This document shows positions 47,352 through 57,651 of a stretch of DNA of 64,000 bases, in pieces (positions within the stretch are counted from its first letter, which is position 1; each line of letters opens with the position of its first letter). Source of the DNA: an uncultured virus (IMG/VR IMGVR_UViG_3300030419_004292) (taxonomy: Duplodnaviria; Heunggongvirae; Uroviricota; Caudoviricetes). The notes below the pieces were generated by a model. That model ran no database searches, was not told where the DNA came from, and worked only from the letters and a program-made list of their open reading frames with translations. Where the stretch lies: IMG/VR virus record IMGVR_UViG_3300030419_004292; one strand, 5' to 3'. The position numbers were made by a program, and so were the translations under genes.

Positions 47352-48153
47352 ATATTTACTAAAAGCACCGCCCGATTTTTTTCAGGCTTGTGATGTAAGA
47401 TTCTCAGATTTCAAGATGGGATATGCTATCAATAGTCACTTGTGGGCTTTAGTAAAAACAATATACGATCAAAATTATCCTAAGAAAAGAACAGAAAATC
47501 CAGTTCCCAAAACACTACACTTTATCTGGCTGGGCGGCGAGATTCCAGAACATTACGTAACAAACATAAACGATTGGTCCAAAAAAAATAGTAACTTTAC
47601 AGTAGAAATATGGACAGACGAAGACGCTAAAAATTTCCCAATGAAGAACAGGGATATTTTTGAAAAGGTGACAAATCTGGGAATGAAATCTGACATATTT
47701 AGATACGAGATACTATATCAGCAAGGAGGGGTTTATCTCGACACAGATTTCTTTTGTCTTCAACCTCTTGATGATTTAAATGAGATGTATGATTTTTATT
47801 CTTGTATTTATTTAGATAGAGAGCCTGTAGCTGGCAACGGCATGATTGGATGCTCTCCGAAACATGAAATCTTAAGATATTGCATAGAAGATATGACATT
47901 AGATGTCCCTAAAAATATACAAAAGTTTACAAAAGATGAGCAGGTAATGTTCTTGACTGGACCTATGTATTTTTCAAGTAAAATTATGAGGTACATTGGA
48001 GATACCAACAACATAAATAGTGACATGATTTTACTACCCTCCAAATTCTTTTATCCTGTTCCAATGAATGTATCAGAAAATCTCCAGAGTTATTTAGAAG
48101 ACTACTCGAAGGCTATCCACCTGTGGCATTCCAGTTGGCAGACAGGAGAATAA
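47341..48153 (+). CDS. GT32 (DXD, OCH1-like) glycosyltransferase
   Basis: PKTLHFIWLG, SDIFRYEILY..GGVYLDTD, TGP and HLWHSSW. Confidence 0.88.
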   Translation: MKNKYLLKAPPDFFQACDVRFSDFKMGYAINSHLWALVKTIYDQNYPKKRTENPVPKTLHFIWLGGEIPEHYVTNINDWSKKNSNFTVEIWTDEDAKNFPMKNRDIFEKVTNLGMKSDIFRYEILYQQGGVYLDTDFFCLQPLDDLNEMYDFYSCIYLDREPVAGNGMIGCSPKHEILRYCIEDMTLDVPKNIQKFTKDEQVMFLTGPMYFSSKIMRYIGDTNNINSDMILLPSKFFYPVPMNVSENLQSYLEDYSKAIHLWHSSWQTGE

Positions 48154-48154
48154 T

Positions 48155-49918
48155 ATGTGCGGGATTACTGGGTGCGTTGGATCTGAAAATGTATTGGGCG
48201 ATTTATACAGAGACATCAGCAATCTAGAATACAGGGGTTATGATAGCTTTGGAATTTGTGCTCTTAAGACCGATAGATATTTTCTATACAAGAACACCGG
48301 AAGAATCTTAGACGATGAAGATCTGCCCTATATATTAGAGAATACGTCTGGATTTGCTTCTGGCATAGGGCACACAAGATGGGCCACAAACGGAGTTGTT
48401 AGTAAAAAAAACGCTCACCCACAATATAATCAATCCAACACCATATTCGTTGTCCACAACGGTATCATAGATAACGCCCCATCAAACTATCTAGACACCC
48501 TACACATAATTAGAAAAATTGAAGAAGAGGCAGGTAATTCATATAACAAGAATACATTCGAATTTTTGTGTGCGGTAGAAAGAGTCTGGCGGCAACTGGA
48601 GGGGGACAACGCATTCTTAGTTTTAAATCAGTACATGCCGAGCACCATATTCTTTGCAACAAAAGGCACCAAAAGCCTTCTTGTAACAGATAATGGATAT
48701 ATTAATAGTGACATCAACGCCCTCGCAGGAAAATCCGATCAGGCTCAAAGAGTAAAAAATACCGTAGGTTCTGTGACATCAAAAGGAATAAATATCTGTA
48801 GAAAACTAAATTCAAGAACTTGGAGCAGGTCGTGCAAGACCAAGATATCTGAGACGGTTCCTGATTTAATAATCAAAGAAGAGATAGAAGAACCTCATTA
48901 TATGATTAAAGAAATTAAAGAACAGCCGTCTCTTATAACAAAGGGAACTTATCCGAAATCCAAGCACCGCCCGCGTCCAATTAGGTTGCATCTTGTCGGG
49001 TGTGGTAGCAGTTATTATGCAGCTATGTGGGCAAAGGTGTGGTTTGAGACCATTGCAAGAATTCCCACTGCTGTTACCTATGGTAGCGAATCCATTAACC
49101 AGACTCTTAAAGACCCGGACGCAACCCATGTCTACATAAGTCAAAGTGGGGAAACCAAGGATATCATTCTCGCATCTAATGATACTAAATCAGATTCCGC
49201 TTATGTGATTACAAATAGTATTAATTCTTATCTGGGAAACTCTGTTTTTAATACTATTGATATTAATGCTGGTCCAGAATATGGAGTTGCTGCAACCAAG
49301 ACTTTTACCATGACCTGTTTTAGACTGTGGGAAATGGCATGGCATTGGGCATCAGAAGAAACTCGAAACAAAATACTAGATACTCCCAACGAATGTATGA
49401 AAGATCTAGAAAGAGGAATTAGAAATGTGCTCCAGCGTGAAGAAACAGTGAGAGTTCTTGCTGAAATGGTATCTCAGCATGACAACGTTCTATTCTTAGG
49501 CAGACATTGGGACTATCCAATAGCTTTAGAGGGTGCGTTAAAGCTAAAAGAAGTCAGCTATATTCATGCGGAAGGGATGCCAGCGGCAGAAATGAAACAT
49601 GGACCCATCGCGCTGGTAGATGAAAATACTCCGAGTATATTTGTTGTTAACGGATCTTCCAACATAGATACAATTATTTCCAATATGAAAGAAATCAAAT
49701 CCAGAAATGGAAAAGTGTTTGTCATTACTAGCTCAGTAAATTATAATAGAATTAAGGAAGTTGCAGACTGGACCTTTCCAACTTGGGATATAAGTAGCGT
49801 TGCTATGAAGCCCCTTGTATCCAATGTTGTTCTACAACTACTTGCATACCATGTGGCAATAGAAAGAGGGCTTAACCCAGATAGACCTAGAAACTTGGCA
49901 AAAAGCGTTACGGTGTGA
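48155..49918 (+). CDS. glmS: glutamine-fructose-6-phosphate aminotransferase
   Basis: MCGI, EYRGYDS, GHTRWAT, HNGII, SQSGET, EMKHGP and PRNLAKSVTV. Confidence 0.95.
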   Translation: MCGITGCVGSENVLGDLYRDISNLEYRGYDSFGICALKTDRYFLYKNTGRILDDEDLPYILENTSGFASGIGHTRWATNGVVSKKNAHPQYNQSNTIFVVHNGIIDNAPSNYLDTLHIIRKIEEEAGNSYNKNTFEFLCAVERVWRQLEGDNAFLVLNQYMPSTIFFATKGTKSLLVTDNGYINSDINALAGKSDQAQRVKNTVGSVTSKGINICRKLNSRTWSRSCKTKISETVPDLIIKEEIEEPHYMIKEIKEQPSLITKGTYPKSKHRPRPIRLHLVGCGSSYYAAMWAKVWFETIARIPTAVTYGSESINQTLKDPDATHVYISQSGETKDIILASNDTKSDSAYVITNSINSYLGNSVFNTIDINAGPEYGVAATKTFTMTCFRLWEMAWHWASEETRNKILDTPNECMKDLERGIRNVLQREETVRVLAEMVSQHDNVLFLGRHWDYPIALEGALKLKEVSYIHAEGMPAAEMKHGPIALVDENTPSIFVVNGSSNIDTIISNMKEIKSRNGKVFVITSSVNYNRIKEVADWTFPTWDISSVAMKPLVSNVVLQLLAYHVAIERGLNPDRPRNLAKSVTV

Positions 49919-49925
49919 GGAAGAC

Positions 49926-50579
49926 ATGTTATTAAACTTAAGTATCTTATCTCATAGATATTCTCTTAATATAACTGGGGTGTACCACATCGGTGGCTAT
50001 ATAGGAGAAGAAGCTGCGGTATACTATCACGGTGGAATAAAAAATGCTATATTTTTTGAACCTGTACCGGCGCATTTTGAACAGTTGCGGCAGCGGGTGG
50101 AGGGTGTATACGCAGCCGTTCCCCTCGCCCTTGGCTCTGAAAAAGAGGAGCGTAAAATTTATGTCTCCAGAACAGAAGGAGGCTTTAATAATGGTTCTGG
50201 GGCATCAAGTTCCCTATTGGAACCAAAGCTTCATATATATCAGTACCCACACATAACATTCAACGAGGAAGAAACCGTGCAGGTTACAACTTTGGACTCA
50301 TTTACCGAGGAGTCTGGAGTAAATAGAGAACTTTACAACATGATTAACGTGGACGTTCAGGGGCACGAGCTAGAAGTTTTTAAAGGGGCCAAAGACTGCC
50401 TTGAAAACCATGTTGATTCTATAATTTGTGAAGTTAACAGAGAAGAATTGTACGAAGGATGCCCGATGGTAGAGGAAATAGATAACTTCCTAGAACAGTA
50501 TTCTTTTCGCAGACTGGAGACTAGCTGGGACGGAGGAAACTGGGGCGATGCTTTCTATATGAAGGTCGAAAATGAATAA
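49926..50579 (+). CDS. FkbM family methyltransferase
   Basis: HIGGYIG, FEP, TTLD and NVDVQGHELEVFKG. Confidence 0.88.
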   Translation: MLLNLSILSHRYSLNITGVYHIGGYIGEEAAVYYHGGIKNAIFFEPVPAHFEQLRQRVEGVYAAVPLALGSEKEERKIYVSRTEGGFNNGSGASSSLLEPKLHIYQYPHITFNEEETVQVTTLDSFTEESGVNRELYNMINVDVQGHELEVFKGAKDCLENHVDSIICEVNREELYEGCPMVEEIDNFLEQYSFRRLETSWDGGNWGDAFYMKVENE

Positions 50580-51396
50580 ACCAAACTTTTTTGACGCATG
50601 TGTCGTTCCAACATCTCTATTTAATATAGACTATGCCAAGAGTGGTGGAGATCCCGGTTGGCAAGACTTGGAAGAATGCTATAACACCAACTATCTGGAA
50701 GACTTTTCTCCCGTAGAAAATCCGATACCAAAGAAGATACATTTCATTTGGTTGGGCGGTCCTCTTCCAGACATTTACGATAGCAACATACAAGATTGGA
50801 AGAACAAGAATCCAAACTTTGAAGTCATCCTATGGAACGATGAATCGGTAGCCGAGTTTGACATGGAAAATAGAGACCTGTTTGAGAAGGCTCCAAGCTG
50901 GGGGAACAAATCGGACATATTGAGATACGAGATCCTCAATAAGTATGGCGGATTGTACGCAGACACAGACTTCCTTTGTACGGACTCTTTCGACGAAGTC
51001 CATGAGAACCTTTCCTTCTATGCGGGAGTTTGTCTAGAGAAACCGCCGCAAATGAACAATGGAATTATGGCATCTGTGCCCGGTCATCCGATCCTGAAAA
51101 GCTGTATAAAAAATATCACACTGGACAACCCGTGGAATCTTGCCTGCAAGGCCACTCTCGTATTATATCAAACTGGACCTTGGCATCTAACTACACAGAT
51201 ATTATCACATATAATTACCAATAAAAAAGATATCGTATTATTCCCATCACAATTCTTCCACCCTTTTCCAGCCGCCTATAGACATCAGGCCAACGAGGAA
51301 CTAATACTAAGTTTCCTTAAGCCCCATACAAAGGCTGTACACCTGTGGCACACGAGTTGGCAGGAGGGTTCCAAATATTACTGCAACCCACTATGA
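50572..51396 (+). CDS. GT32 (DXD) glycosyltransferase, paralog of 47341-48153
   Basis: IPKKIHFIWLG, SDILRYEIL..YGGLYADTD, TGP and HLWHTSW. Confidence 0.88.
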   Translation: MNKPNFFDACVVPTSLFNIDYAKSGGDPGWQDLEECYNTNYLEDFSPVENPIPKKIHFIWLGGPLPDIYDSNIQDWKNKNPNFEVILWNDESVAEFDMENRDLFEKAPSWGNKSDILRYEILNKYGGLYADTDFLCTDSFDEVHENLSFYAGVCLEKPPQMNNGIMASVPGHPILKSCIKNITLDNPWNLACKATLVLYQTGPWHLTTQILSHIITNKKDIVLFPSQFFHPFPAAYRHQANEELILSFLKPHTKAVHLWHTSWQEGSKYYCNPL

Positions 51397-52223
51397 TACA
51401 AGACACCCCAGAAAAATTTATAGTACCCACTAATCACACGTACCCTCCTCACAATAAAATGATTTTTGAGGAGTATTTTTATGATAGGTTCTACGAAGAA
51501 AATATATACACAGATAGAATCTATCTGCCCATATTGTGGACAAATTATTACATATCAAAAAACTACTGCAACGACGATATGTCTGATCTTCAAGACTTCT
51601 TGAATAATCTCAGTAGAGCAGAAAGATATTTTACTGTGGTCCAATGGGACGATGGAATAGTCAACGATATCAGTGATCTAGATATACTTTCTTTCTCCAG
51701 TGGCGGCGTAGGAGACTATCCTATCCCCTTGATCAACCAGCCTCCCCCCATAGACGGCATCAAGATACAGAAGGACATACTGTGTAGCTTCATCGGCTGC
51801 ATAAAAGGGCGACACAGAATTAGAGAAGAAATGACGAAGGCTCTGGGAGGGAAGCCAAGCGTTTTTATCTCGGAGAATGTAACCTACGACGCCTTCCTAG
51901 AGACCATGCTGAGATCTCTTTTTGCCCTATGCCCAAGAGGATACGGCAAAACTTCCTTCAGGATAAACGAAGCCCTACAATGCATGGCTGTTCCAGTTTA
52001 TATATATGACGATCCGTGGATTCCATTTCCTGACGGGTTTGACTTTGAGGATATTGGCATCCTGATTCACGAAGATCAAATAGAAGATACATATGAGATC
52101 ATTACCTCTAAGGGAGCTAGCGATATACACAGTTATATGAAGAGGGGTAAAGAGGTATACGAAGAATTCTTTGACTACGAGGGATGTTTTAGGCAGATAG
52201 TTGACAGAGCGGATTCAATATGA
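51393..52223 (+). CDS. exostosin (GT47)-like glycosyltransferase
   Basis: SFIG, HRIRE and SLFALCPRGYGKTSFRINEAL...VPVYI. Confidence 0.8.
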   Translation: MIQDTPEKFIVPTNHTYPPHNKMIFEEYFYDRFYEENIYTDRIYLPILWTNYYISKNYCNDDMSDLQDFLNNLSRAERYFTVVQWDDGIVNDISDLDILSFSSGGVGDYPIPLINQPPPIDGIKIQKDILCSFIGCIKGRHRIREEMTKALGGKPSVFISENVTYDAFLETMLRSLFALCPRGYGKTSFRINEALQCMAVPVYIYDDPWIPFPDGFDFEDIGILIHEDQIEDTYEIITSKGASDIHSYMKRGKEVYEEFFDYEGCFRQIVDRADSI

Positions 52224-53116
52224 AACTTCTATATCTAACAGGGCGAGACCCCAACTCCGCTGGAGACTTTCAAGAGGTTTGTATGCTGCATGGCCTCCGC
52301 AGCATCATGGGGGAGGACTGTATCGACTGGCCCAAGAAGAAGATACTGTACGCTGATTTCTCTGACAGTCCAAAAGACGAACTGCACGGGGCAGGATTTA
52401 CTCTGTACACTGAACCTATACAAGACATCTCCAATAGAGATCACAGTCGGGTAGATTTTGTTTTGTATGGCGTGACAGATTCATACAATGTCACTGATTA
52501 CCCAGAGATTAACGCCATCACTCCCAACGTTTGGTATTTAGATGGACATGATCATCAAAGAATCACAAAGAAACCCTGCTTCAAGAGAGAATTATTCTTA
52601 GAACAGGAATCAGTATACCCCACAGGATTTGGTATCCCTCGTCACCAGATACGCTCTCTAAACTTTACCAAGAAAATACAGGTTATACAAAGAACCGCAC
52701 CTCCCTATGCCGTTTTTGGACCACAAATATTAGGAGGAGATACTAGGCAGCTATATTGTTTTTCTGATGAGAAAGATTATTATAAAGACATGAGTCAGTC
52801 GTGGTTTGGTCTAACCTGCAAGAAGGGCGGATGGGATTCTCTGAGACACTATGAGATTCTAGCTAGCGGAGCATGTCTCTTGTTTAGGGACTACGATAAA
52901 AAGCCTCCTCTGTGCGCCCCACAAAATCTTCCGTGCTTTAGCTATTCCACTCTAGAAGAATTGGAGTCTATAATAAATAGATTACTCATAAATGACAAGC
53001 CAACTGACGAATATTATGATATGGTTTTAAGACAGCGGGAATGGCTTATAAAATACGGGACCACCGAGGCTAGAGCTATACAGGTATTAAGAACTATACT
53101 ATCGCACAGGATATAA
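52220..53116 (+). CDS. glycosyltransferase-like protein (GT-B)
   Basis: DGHD, FKREL and KKGGWDSLRHYEILASG. Confidence 0.65.
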   Translation: MKLLYLTGRDPNSAGDFQEVCMLHGLRSIMGEDCIDWPKKKILYADFSDSPKDELHGAGFTLYTEPIQDISNRDHSRVDFVLYGVTDSYNVTDYPEINAITPNVWYLDGHDHQRITKKPCFKRELFLEQESVYPTGFGIPRHQIRSLNFTKKIQVIQRTAPPYAVFGPQILGGDTRQLYCFSDEKDYYKDMSQSWFGLTCKKGGWDSLRHYEILASGACLLFRDYDKKPPLCAPQNLPCFSYSTLEELESIINRLLINDKPTDEYYDMVLRQREWLIKYGTTEARAIQVLRTILSHRI

Positions 53117-53118
53117 AT

Positions 53119-53898
53119 ATGCCAGAACCAGTATACATAGACAGAGACATAACAATCTGTCTTCACTGCGGAGAGCATGATCATGCCGAAAGAGTAATAA
53201 AGACTCAGACCGATGCTCTTGAACCATTAAAAGAAGAGTTTAACGTACACTGGAACAACCGCATTGATAGACATCCCGGCGCATACGACTCATATGCAGA
53301 ACTAGTAAATGAGGCGGTTGCTACGTCGCCCACAGAAACCATTATCTTGATGAATGACAGGGTTGTTCCCAAGGCTAGCGAAGTAAGGCTTATCCTACAG
53401 CTTATGCATCATGGATATGCTGCTGCCTCTCAATGGAACGTAGCATTTCTGGGCGTGACAAAAGAGTTGTTCAGAACTATCGGATGGTTCGATCAAAGGT
53501 ACTACGGAGGGGGCTGTGAGGATGATGATTTCGTCTTGAGGCTGAGATTGGCGAACTTGGCATACTACGAATCGCTCACCTGTGAATATGACCAGAGTTG
53601 GAAAAGCCCTCTCTTCAAATCAGAAGGGGCTAAGTGTGCCATATCTGGACCCTACTTCCACAGAAAGTGGGTGAGAAATCACGAGGAAATAAAAAGAGTG
53701 ATTCCAGAGGAAAATTACCCTCATTGGGATGCATTAGCTGGTCCAAGAAGACATGATATAAGTAGCAGGTGGAAGACGTGGGATCATTCTATCGTGGGGA
53801 TAGACTTTGGACGGAGAGAAACAGATGGAGATTCTAGGACATACCACTTCACCGCTCCAGACTACAGAACCGAGTTCAGAAGAGTCACTTCAAATTAA
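53119..53898 (+). CDS. GT2-like glycosyltransferase
   Basis: ILMND and IGWFDQRYYGGGCEDDDFVLRL. Confidence 0.75.
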   Translation: MPEPVYIDRDITICLHCGEHDHAERVIKTQTDALEPLKEEFNVHWNNRIDRHPGAYDSYAELVNEAVATSPTETIILMNDRVVPKASEVRLILQLMHHGYAAASQWNVAFLGVTKELFRTIGWFDQRYYGGGCEDDDFVLRLRLANLAYYESLTCEYDQSWKSPLFKSEGAKCAISGPYFHRKWVRNHEEIKRVIPEENYPHWDALAGPRRHDISSRWKTWDHSIVGIDFGRRETDGDSRTYHFTAPDYRTEFRRVTSN

Positions 53899-53933
53899 CA
53901 GGTAGACCAGTCATTTTTGACACGGGAATAAAG

Positions 53934-54698
53934 ATGCTTGAAATAATCATAGACAGAAAAAGATCTTCTGATACCTTTTTTGATAAACATATAGAAGGAT
54001 GCATAAAAAAATATAAGTCTGGACACTCAAAGTTAAATACAAAAGCAAAATCTATGGAAGGCATGATAGGACCACAAGCCAGAAACTTGTTAAATCTACT
54101 TGCCGACTTTGATGGATGTCGATATATGCAAATCGGAACTTGGAAGGGCGCCTGTTTATATTCGGCTCTTTATGAAAACAATATTGACTATGCTCTTGCC
54201 TGTGACAATTTTTCTCAGTATTCTGCCGATCCGAACGATTTAAACAAAAGTATTTTAGATTTTGACTCATTGCTCAATTTGATGCAGCCAGACAAAGAGG
54301 ATGAAACTGTTGAGTTTGAATTTTATAATGGCAACTGCTGGGGAATGCCTCTCGGCAATATTGAAAAACCTATTAACATGTATTTCTACGATGGTGGACA
54401 TAATGTTGGCGACCATTTCCTATCTTTGTATTACTATTATCCAGTTTTAGATAACAATTTTATTTTTGTTTGTGATGACTGGAAGGAAGAAAAGGTGCGT
54501 GCTGGAACATACTCCGCTATAATGCAATGTAAATACTCGGTTTCAAGTAGTTTCGTTTATGAAAATTTATACATAGCCCACCTAGAAAAGAATGTCAATT
54601 GGGGCGCGTCACTAATGACGGGAAGGCTATTCAAAACCCCAACCTATTCATGCAAATTAACTAGCAAGAACATAATAAAAGAGCCGACCAGTAGATGA
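53934..54698 (+). CDS. class I SAM-dependent methyltransferase (Methyltransf_24-like)
   Basis: YMQIGTWKG, DNFS, YFYDGGH and VCDDW. Confidence 0.75.
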   Translation: MLEIIIDRKRSSDTFFDKHIEGCIKKYKSGHSKLNTKAKSMEGMIGPQARNLLNLLADFDGCRYMQIGTWKGACLYSALYENNIDYALACDNFSQYSADPNDLNKSILDFDSLLNLMQPDKEDETVEFEFYNGNCWGMPLGNIEKPINMYFYDGGHNVGDHFLSLYYYYPVLDNNFIFVCDDWKEEKVRAGTYSAIMQCKYSVSSSFVYENLYIAHLEKNVNWGASLMTGRLFKTPTYSCKLTSKNIIKEPTSR

Positions 54699-55348
54699 AG
54701 ATTCTTTTTTGCGGATATAGAGACTGGGCTATACAAACATTTGATGTCCTCAGCTTTTGGTCATCTCTTAATGGTCACCATCTATCTCTAGCCACAAATC
54801 CAGAAGCTTTTAATATACACACCAACCGTACAAGTTTTGATATAACAATCCTCGTGGGCTGGAGCGAAATTCTTTCTGCTGAATACGTAGGGTCAAACTA
54901 CACCGTAGTCGTACACCCATCCGATCTGCCAGAATATGCTGGTGGATCTCCAATACAACACCAAATCATTGACGGGTTGACAAAAACAAAGGCCACGCTA
55001 TTGAAAGCATCCGCTAAGATAGACGCGGGACCGATTATAGACAAAGAAGATCTCAGCTTGGAAGGCGATTTAAAGAACGTGTTTTCCAACCTAGCTGACG
55101 CTTCCTTTGAATTGTTAAGAAGGTTTTTACTCACCTATCCAAAACACCAAGAAACTAAGCAAGATAGATCTTCCCTTAAAAAGAGAAGAACGCCAGAGAT
55201 GAGCGAGATAAAACTAGAAGACTTTAAATTATCAACCGCTCAAGAAATTTACAATAAGATCAGGGCGCTGCAAGACCCCTATCCAAACGCCTTTGTTGTA
55301 TGCAGGGACGGTAGTAAGTTATATTTAACGGAGGCCAGCCATGGTTAA
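54695..55348 (+). CDS. formyltransferase (Fmt-like, sugar N-formyltransferase candidate)
   Basis: HPSDLPEYAGGSP, IDAGPI and IRALQDPYPNAF. Confidence 0.85.
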   Translation: MKILFCGYRDWAIQTFDVLSFWSSLNGHHLSLATNPEAFNIHTNRTSFDITILVGWSEILSAEYVGSNYTVVVHPSDLPEYAGGSPIQHQIIDGLTKTKATLLKASAKIDAGPIIDKEDLSLEGDLKNVFSNLADASFELLRRFLLTYPKHQETKQDRSSLKKRRTPEMSEIKLEDFKLSTAQEIYNKIRALQDPYPNAFVVCRDGSKLYLTEASHG

Positions 55349-55958
55349 ACTTATCATATCTCCTCACGTTGACGATGAGGTGCTGGGCTGCGGGGGGATT
55401 CTAGACCAAGACACGTTTGTATTGCACTGTGGGTGTGCAGAGATTCAAAACCATGGAAACTCCCTTCTTACCAGACAGGAGAGGATAGAAGAATTCAATA
55501 AAGTGAAAGAAGAAGTAGGATTCGAAAGCCACCTACTTCATCACCCCGTAAATAAATACAATGTTAGTAATCTCATTCCAGACTTTGAATTATATATCAA
55601 TAAGATTAAGCCTCTTGAAATCTATATACCTCACCCCTCATACAATCAAGACCATAGGGCAGTCTACGAGGCTGCGCTGACCGCACTAAGACCTCACGAC
55701 ATCAACTTCTTTGTTAAGACAGTGTTAGTATATGAACAACCACACGTTGTCTTCTGGTCTCACAACTACAAACAGTTTAACCCGAATTACTTTGTAGATA
55801 TAGATGTAGATAGAAAAATAGAACTATATGGTCTAATTGAAACACAGGTTAGAAAGTTTAGAAGTTTTGATCATGTGAGAGCAATTGCTTCTGTGAGAGG
55901 CGCCCAAAGTAACAACGAATACGCCGAAGCATTTGAAATTATCAGATGGGTAGATTGA
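55341..55958 (+). CDS. PIG-L family de-N-acetylase
   Basis: SPHVDDEVLGCGG, R..E, NQDH and AEAF. Confidence 0.88.
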   Translation: MVKLIISPHVDDEVLGCGGILDQDTFVLHCGCAEIQNHGNSLLTRQERIEEFNKVKEEVGFESHLLHHPVNKYNVSNLIPDFELYINKIKPLEIYIPHPSYNQDHRAVYEAALTALRPHDINFFVKTVLVYEQPHVVFWSHNYKQFNPNYFVDIDVDRKIELYGLIETQVRKFRSFDHVRAIASVRGAQSNNEYAEAFEIIRWVD

Positions 55959-56890
55959 TGCAGAATAAAAGAATATTTATTTCTGGGGGAGCGGGTTTTC
56001 TCGGAAAGCATATTGTAGACAGATACTATGGTCAAAATGATATTACTGTTTTTAGCCGAGACGAGGCTAAGCATTATTACCTATCTAAACTATATCCTGA
56101 AGTGCGCTTTATTATTGGAGACATTAGAAATTACGATCTCCTAAAAAGATCTTCAAAGCATCATGATGTAGGTATCTTTACTGCCAGCTTAAAGCAAATA
56201 GATACATGTAGTCACAATGCAGAAGAAGCACTACACACGATAGTTCACGGGGCATTTAATAGCAAGAGGTCGGCAATAGAAAACGACTTTGAATCTGCAT
56301 GCTTTATAAGCACAGATAAGAGTAGGGCCGCTACCACTATTTATGGATCAATGAAATATATTGCTGGAGAATCTTTTATACTAGGCAACGAAAACATTGA
56401 CACTAGACTTACGACTGTCATATATGGAAATGTAATGAATTCAACAGGCAGTCTTATACCTCTTATATGGAACGCCATTAACAATAAGATAGCCTTAACT
56501 TTATATGAAGAGCATATGACTCGCTTCATGATAGATGTTGAAGAGGCCATTAATGTTATTGAGTCTTCTTTGGAATTGAGAAACGTTAATGTCATACCTA
56601 ATTTAAAAAGTTTTCTAGTCAAGGATATTTTTGATCTATACGAGAAAGAATTTGGATTAAAGTATATCATAGGCAAGCCCAGAATCAATGAAAAGATACA
56701 TGAAATAATGGCCTCCTCTGAAGAAATACCGAGAATGAAATACTTGGAGTCTTCAGACTGCTATATGATGCATCCCTTGCAAACCTATAACGAAGTTTCG
56801 TTTAAGGGCGGGGAATATAGTTCTATGAACAACGTAATTAGCAAAAAGTCTTTGAGACAATTACTATCCAAAAAGGATTTTTACCAATGA
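55958..56890 (+). CDS. UDP-GlcNAc 4,6-dehydratase-like (PseB/FnlA/CapD family)
   Basis: SRDEAKH, IGDIRN, ISTDK, YGSMK, YGNVMNSTGS, MTRF and EKIHE. Confidence 0.85.
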   Translation: MQNKRIFISGGAGFLGKHIVDRYYGQNDITVFSRDEAKHYYLSKLYPEVRFIIGDIRNYDLLKRSSKHHDVGIFTASLKQIDTCSHNAEEALHTIVHGAFNSKRSAIENDFESACFISTDKSRAATTIYGSMKYIAGESFILGNENIDTRLTTVIYGNVMNSTGSLIPLIWNAINNKIALTLYEEHMTRFMIDVEEAINVIESSLELRNVNVIPNLKSFLVKDIFDLYEKEFGLKYIIGKPRINEKIHEIMASSEEIPRMKYLESSDCYMMHPLQTYNEVSFKGGEYSSMNNVISKKSLRQLLSKKDFYQ

Positions 56891-57651
56891 AGGTATTAGT
56901 TCTGGGCGATAGAGGCATGCTGGGAGATGCCGTAGCTAAATTCTATCTAGAATCTAAATGGAATGTAAAGAGCAATAAAGGTAGATGGCCGTCTGAGGAG
57001 TTTAAAGATTCAATCAGAGATTTTGATGGAGACCTATTGATCAATTGCATAGGATCTATTCCACAAAAGACAAAAGACTTCAGTATAAATTATGAACTTC
57101 CTAAGTTTCTTATTAAGAATATTAAACGCGGCATAAAATATATACATCCAGATAGCGACTGTGTCTTTGATGGACAAATTTCTTCTGGCGAGTTGTACGG
57201 AAAACATGTAAGACCGAACGCAGTTGATTCGTATGGCATTAGCAAGGCTTCTATATTAGAATTACGCAGAGAGAGAAATCTCAAGACAATACGAACTTCT
57301 ATAATCGGAATAGATCGATATAAAAAATCTTTGCTGTCATGGTTTTTATCGCAGACTTCAACAGTAGACGGATATTCGAATCATTTTTGGAACGGAATAA
57401 CAACTTACCAATGGGCCAAAATTTCTAGAGTAATTTTTGATCACTGGGAAGAATACGATTTCATCACTCAGGTTGGATCAACACCGATTAGAAAGTTTGA
57501 CTTGTTGTGTTTGTTTAAAGAGGTCTTCAAAACACAGACAAATATTAATAGTGTTGAAGACAAAAAATTCATAAACAGATGCCTTGATACTGACATACAA
57601 ATGCCAAGTATAAAGTATCAACTAGAGGAACTAAAGGATATATATAAATGA
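56887..57651 (+). CDS. NDP-4-keto-6-deoxysugar reductase (RmlD-like)
   Basis: GDRGMLG, INCIG, DCVFDG, YGISK, RTSIIG and WNGIT. Confidence 0.85.
   Translation: MKVLVLGDRGMLGDAVAKFYLESKWNVKSNKGRWPSEEFKDSIRDFDGDLLINCIGSIPQKTKDFSINYELPKFLIKNIKRGIKYIHPDSDCVFDGQISSGELYGKHVRPNAVDSYGISKASILELRRERNLKTIRTSIIGIDRYKKSLLSWFLSQTSTVDGYSNHFWNGITTYQWAKISRVIFDHWEEYDFITQVGSTPIRKFDLLCLFKEVFKTQTNINSVEDKKFINRCLDTDIQMPSIKYQLEELKDIYK

Noticed and set aside
54695..55348. Methionyl-tRNA formyltransferase (fmt)
   Set aside because: It is shorter than Fmt, lacks most of the tRNA-binding domain, and sits among sugar genes.
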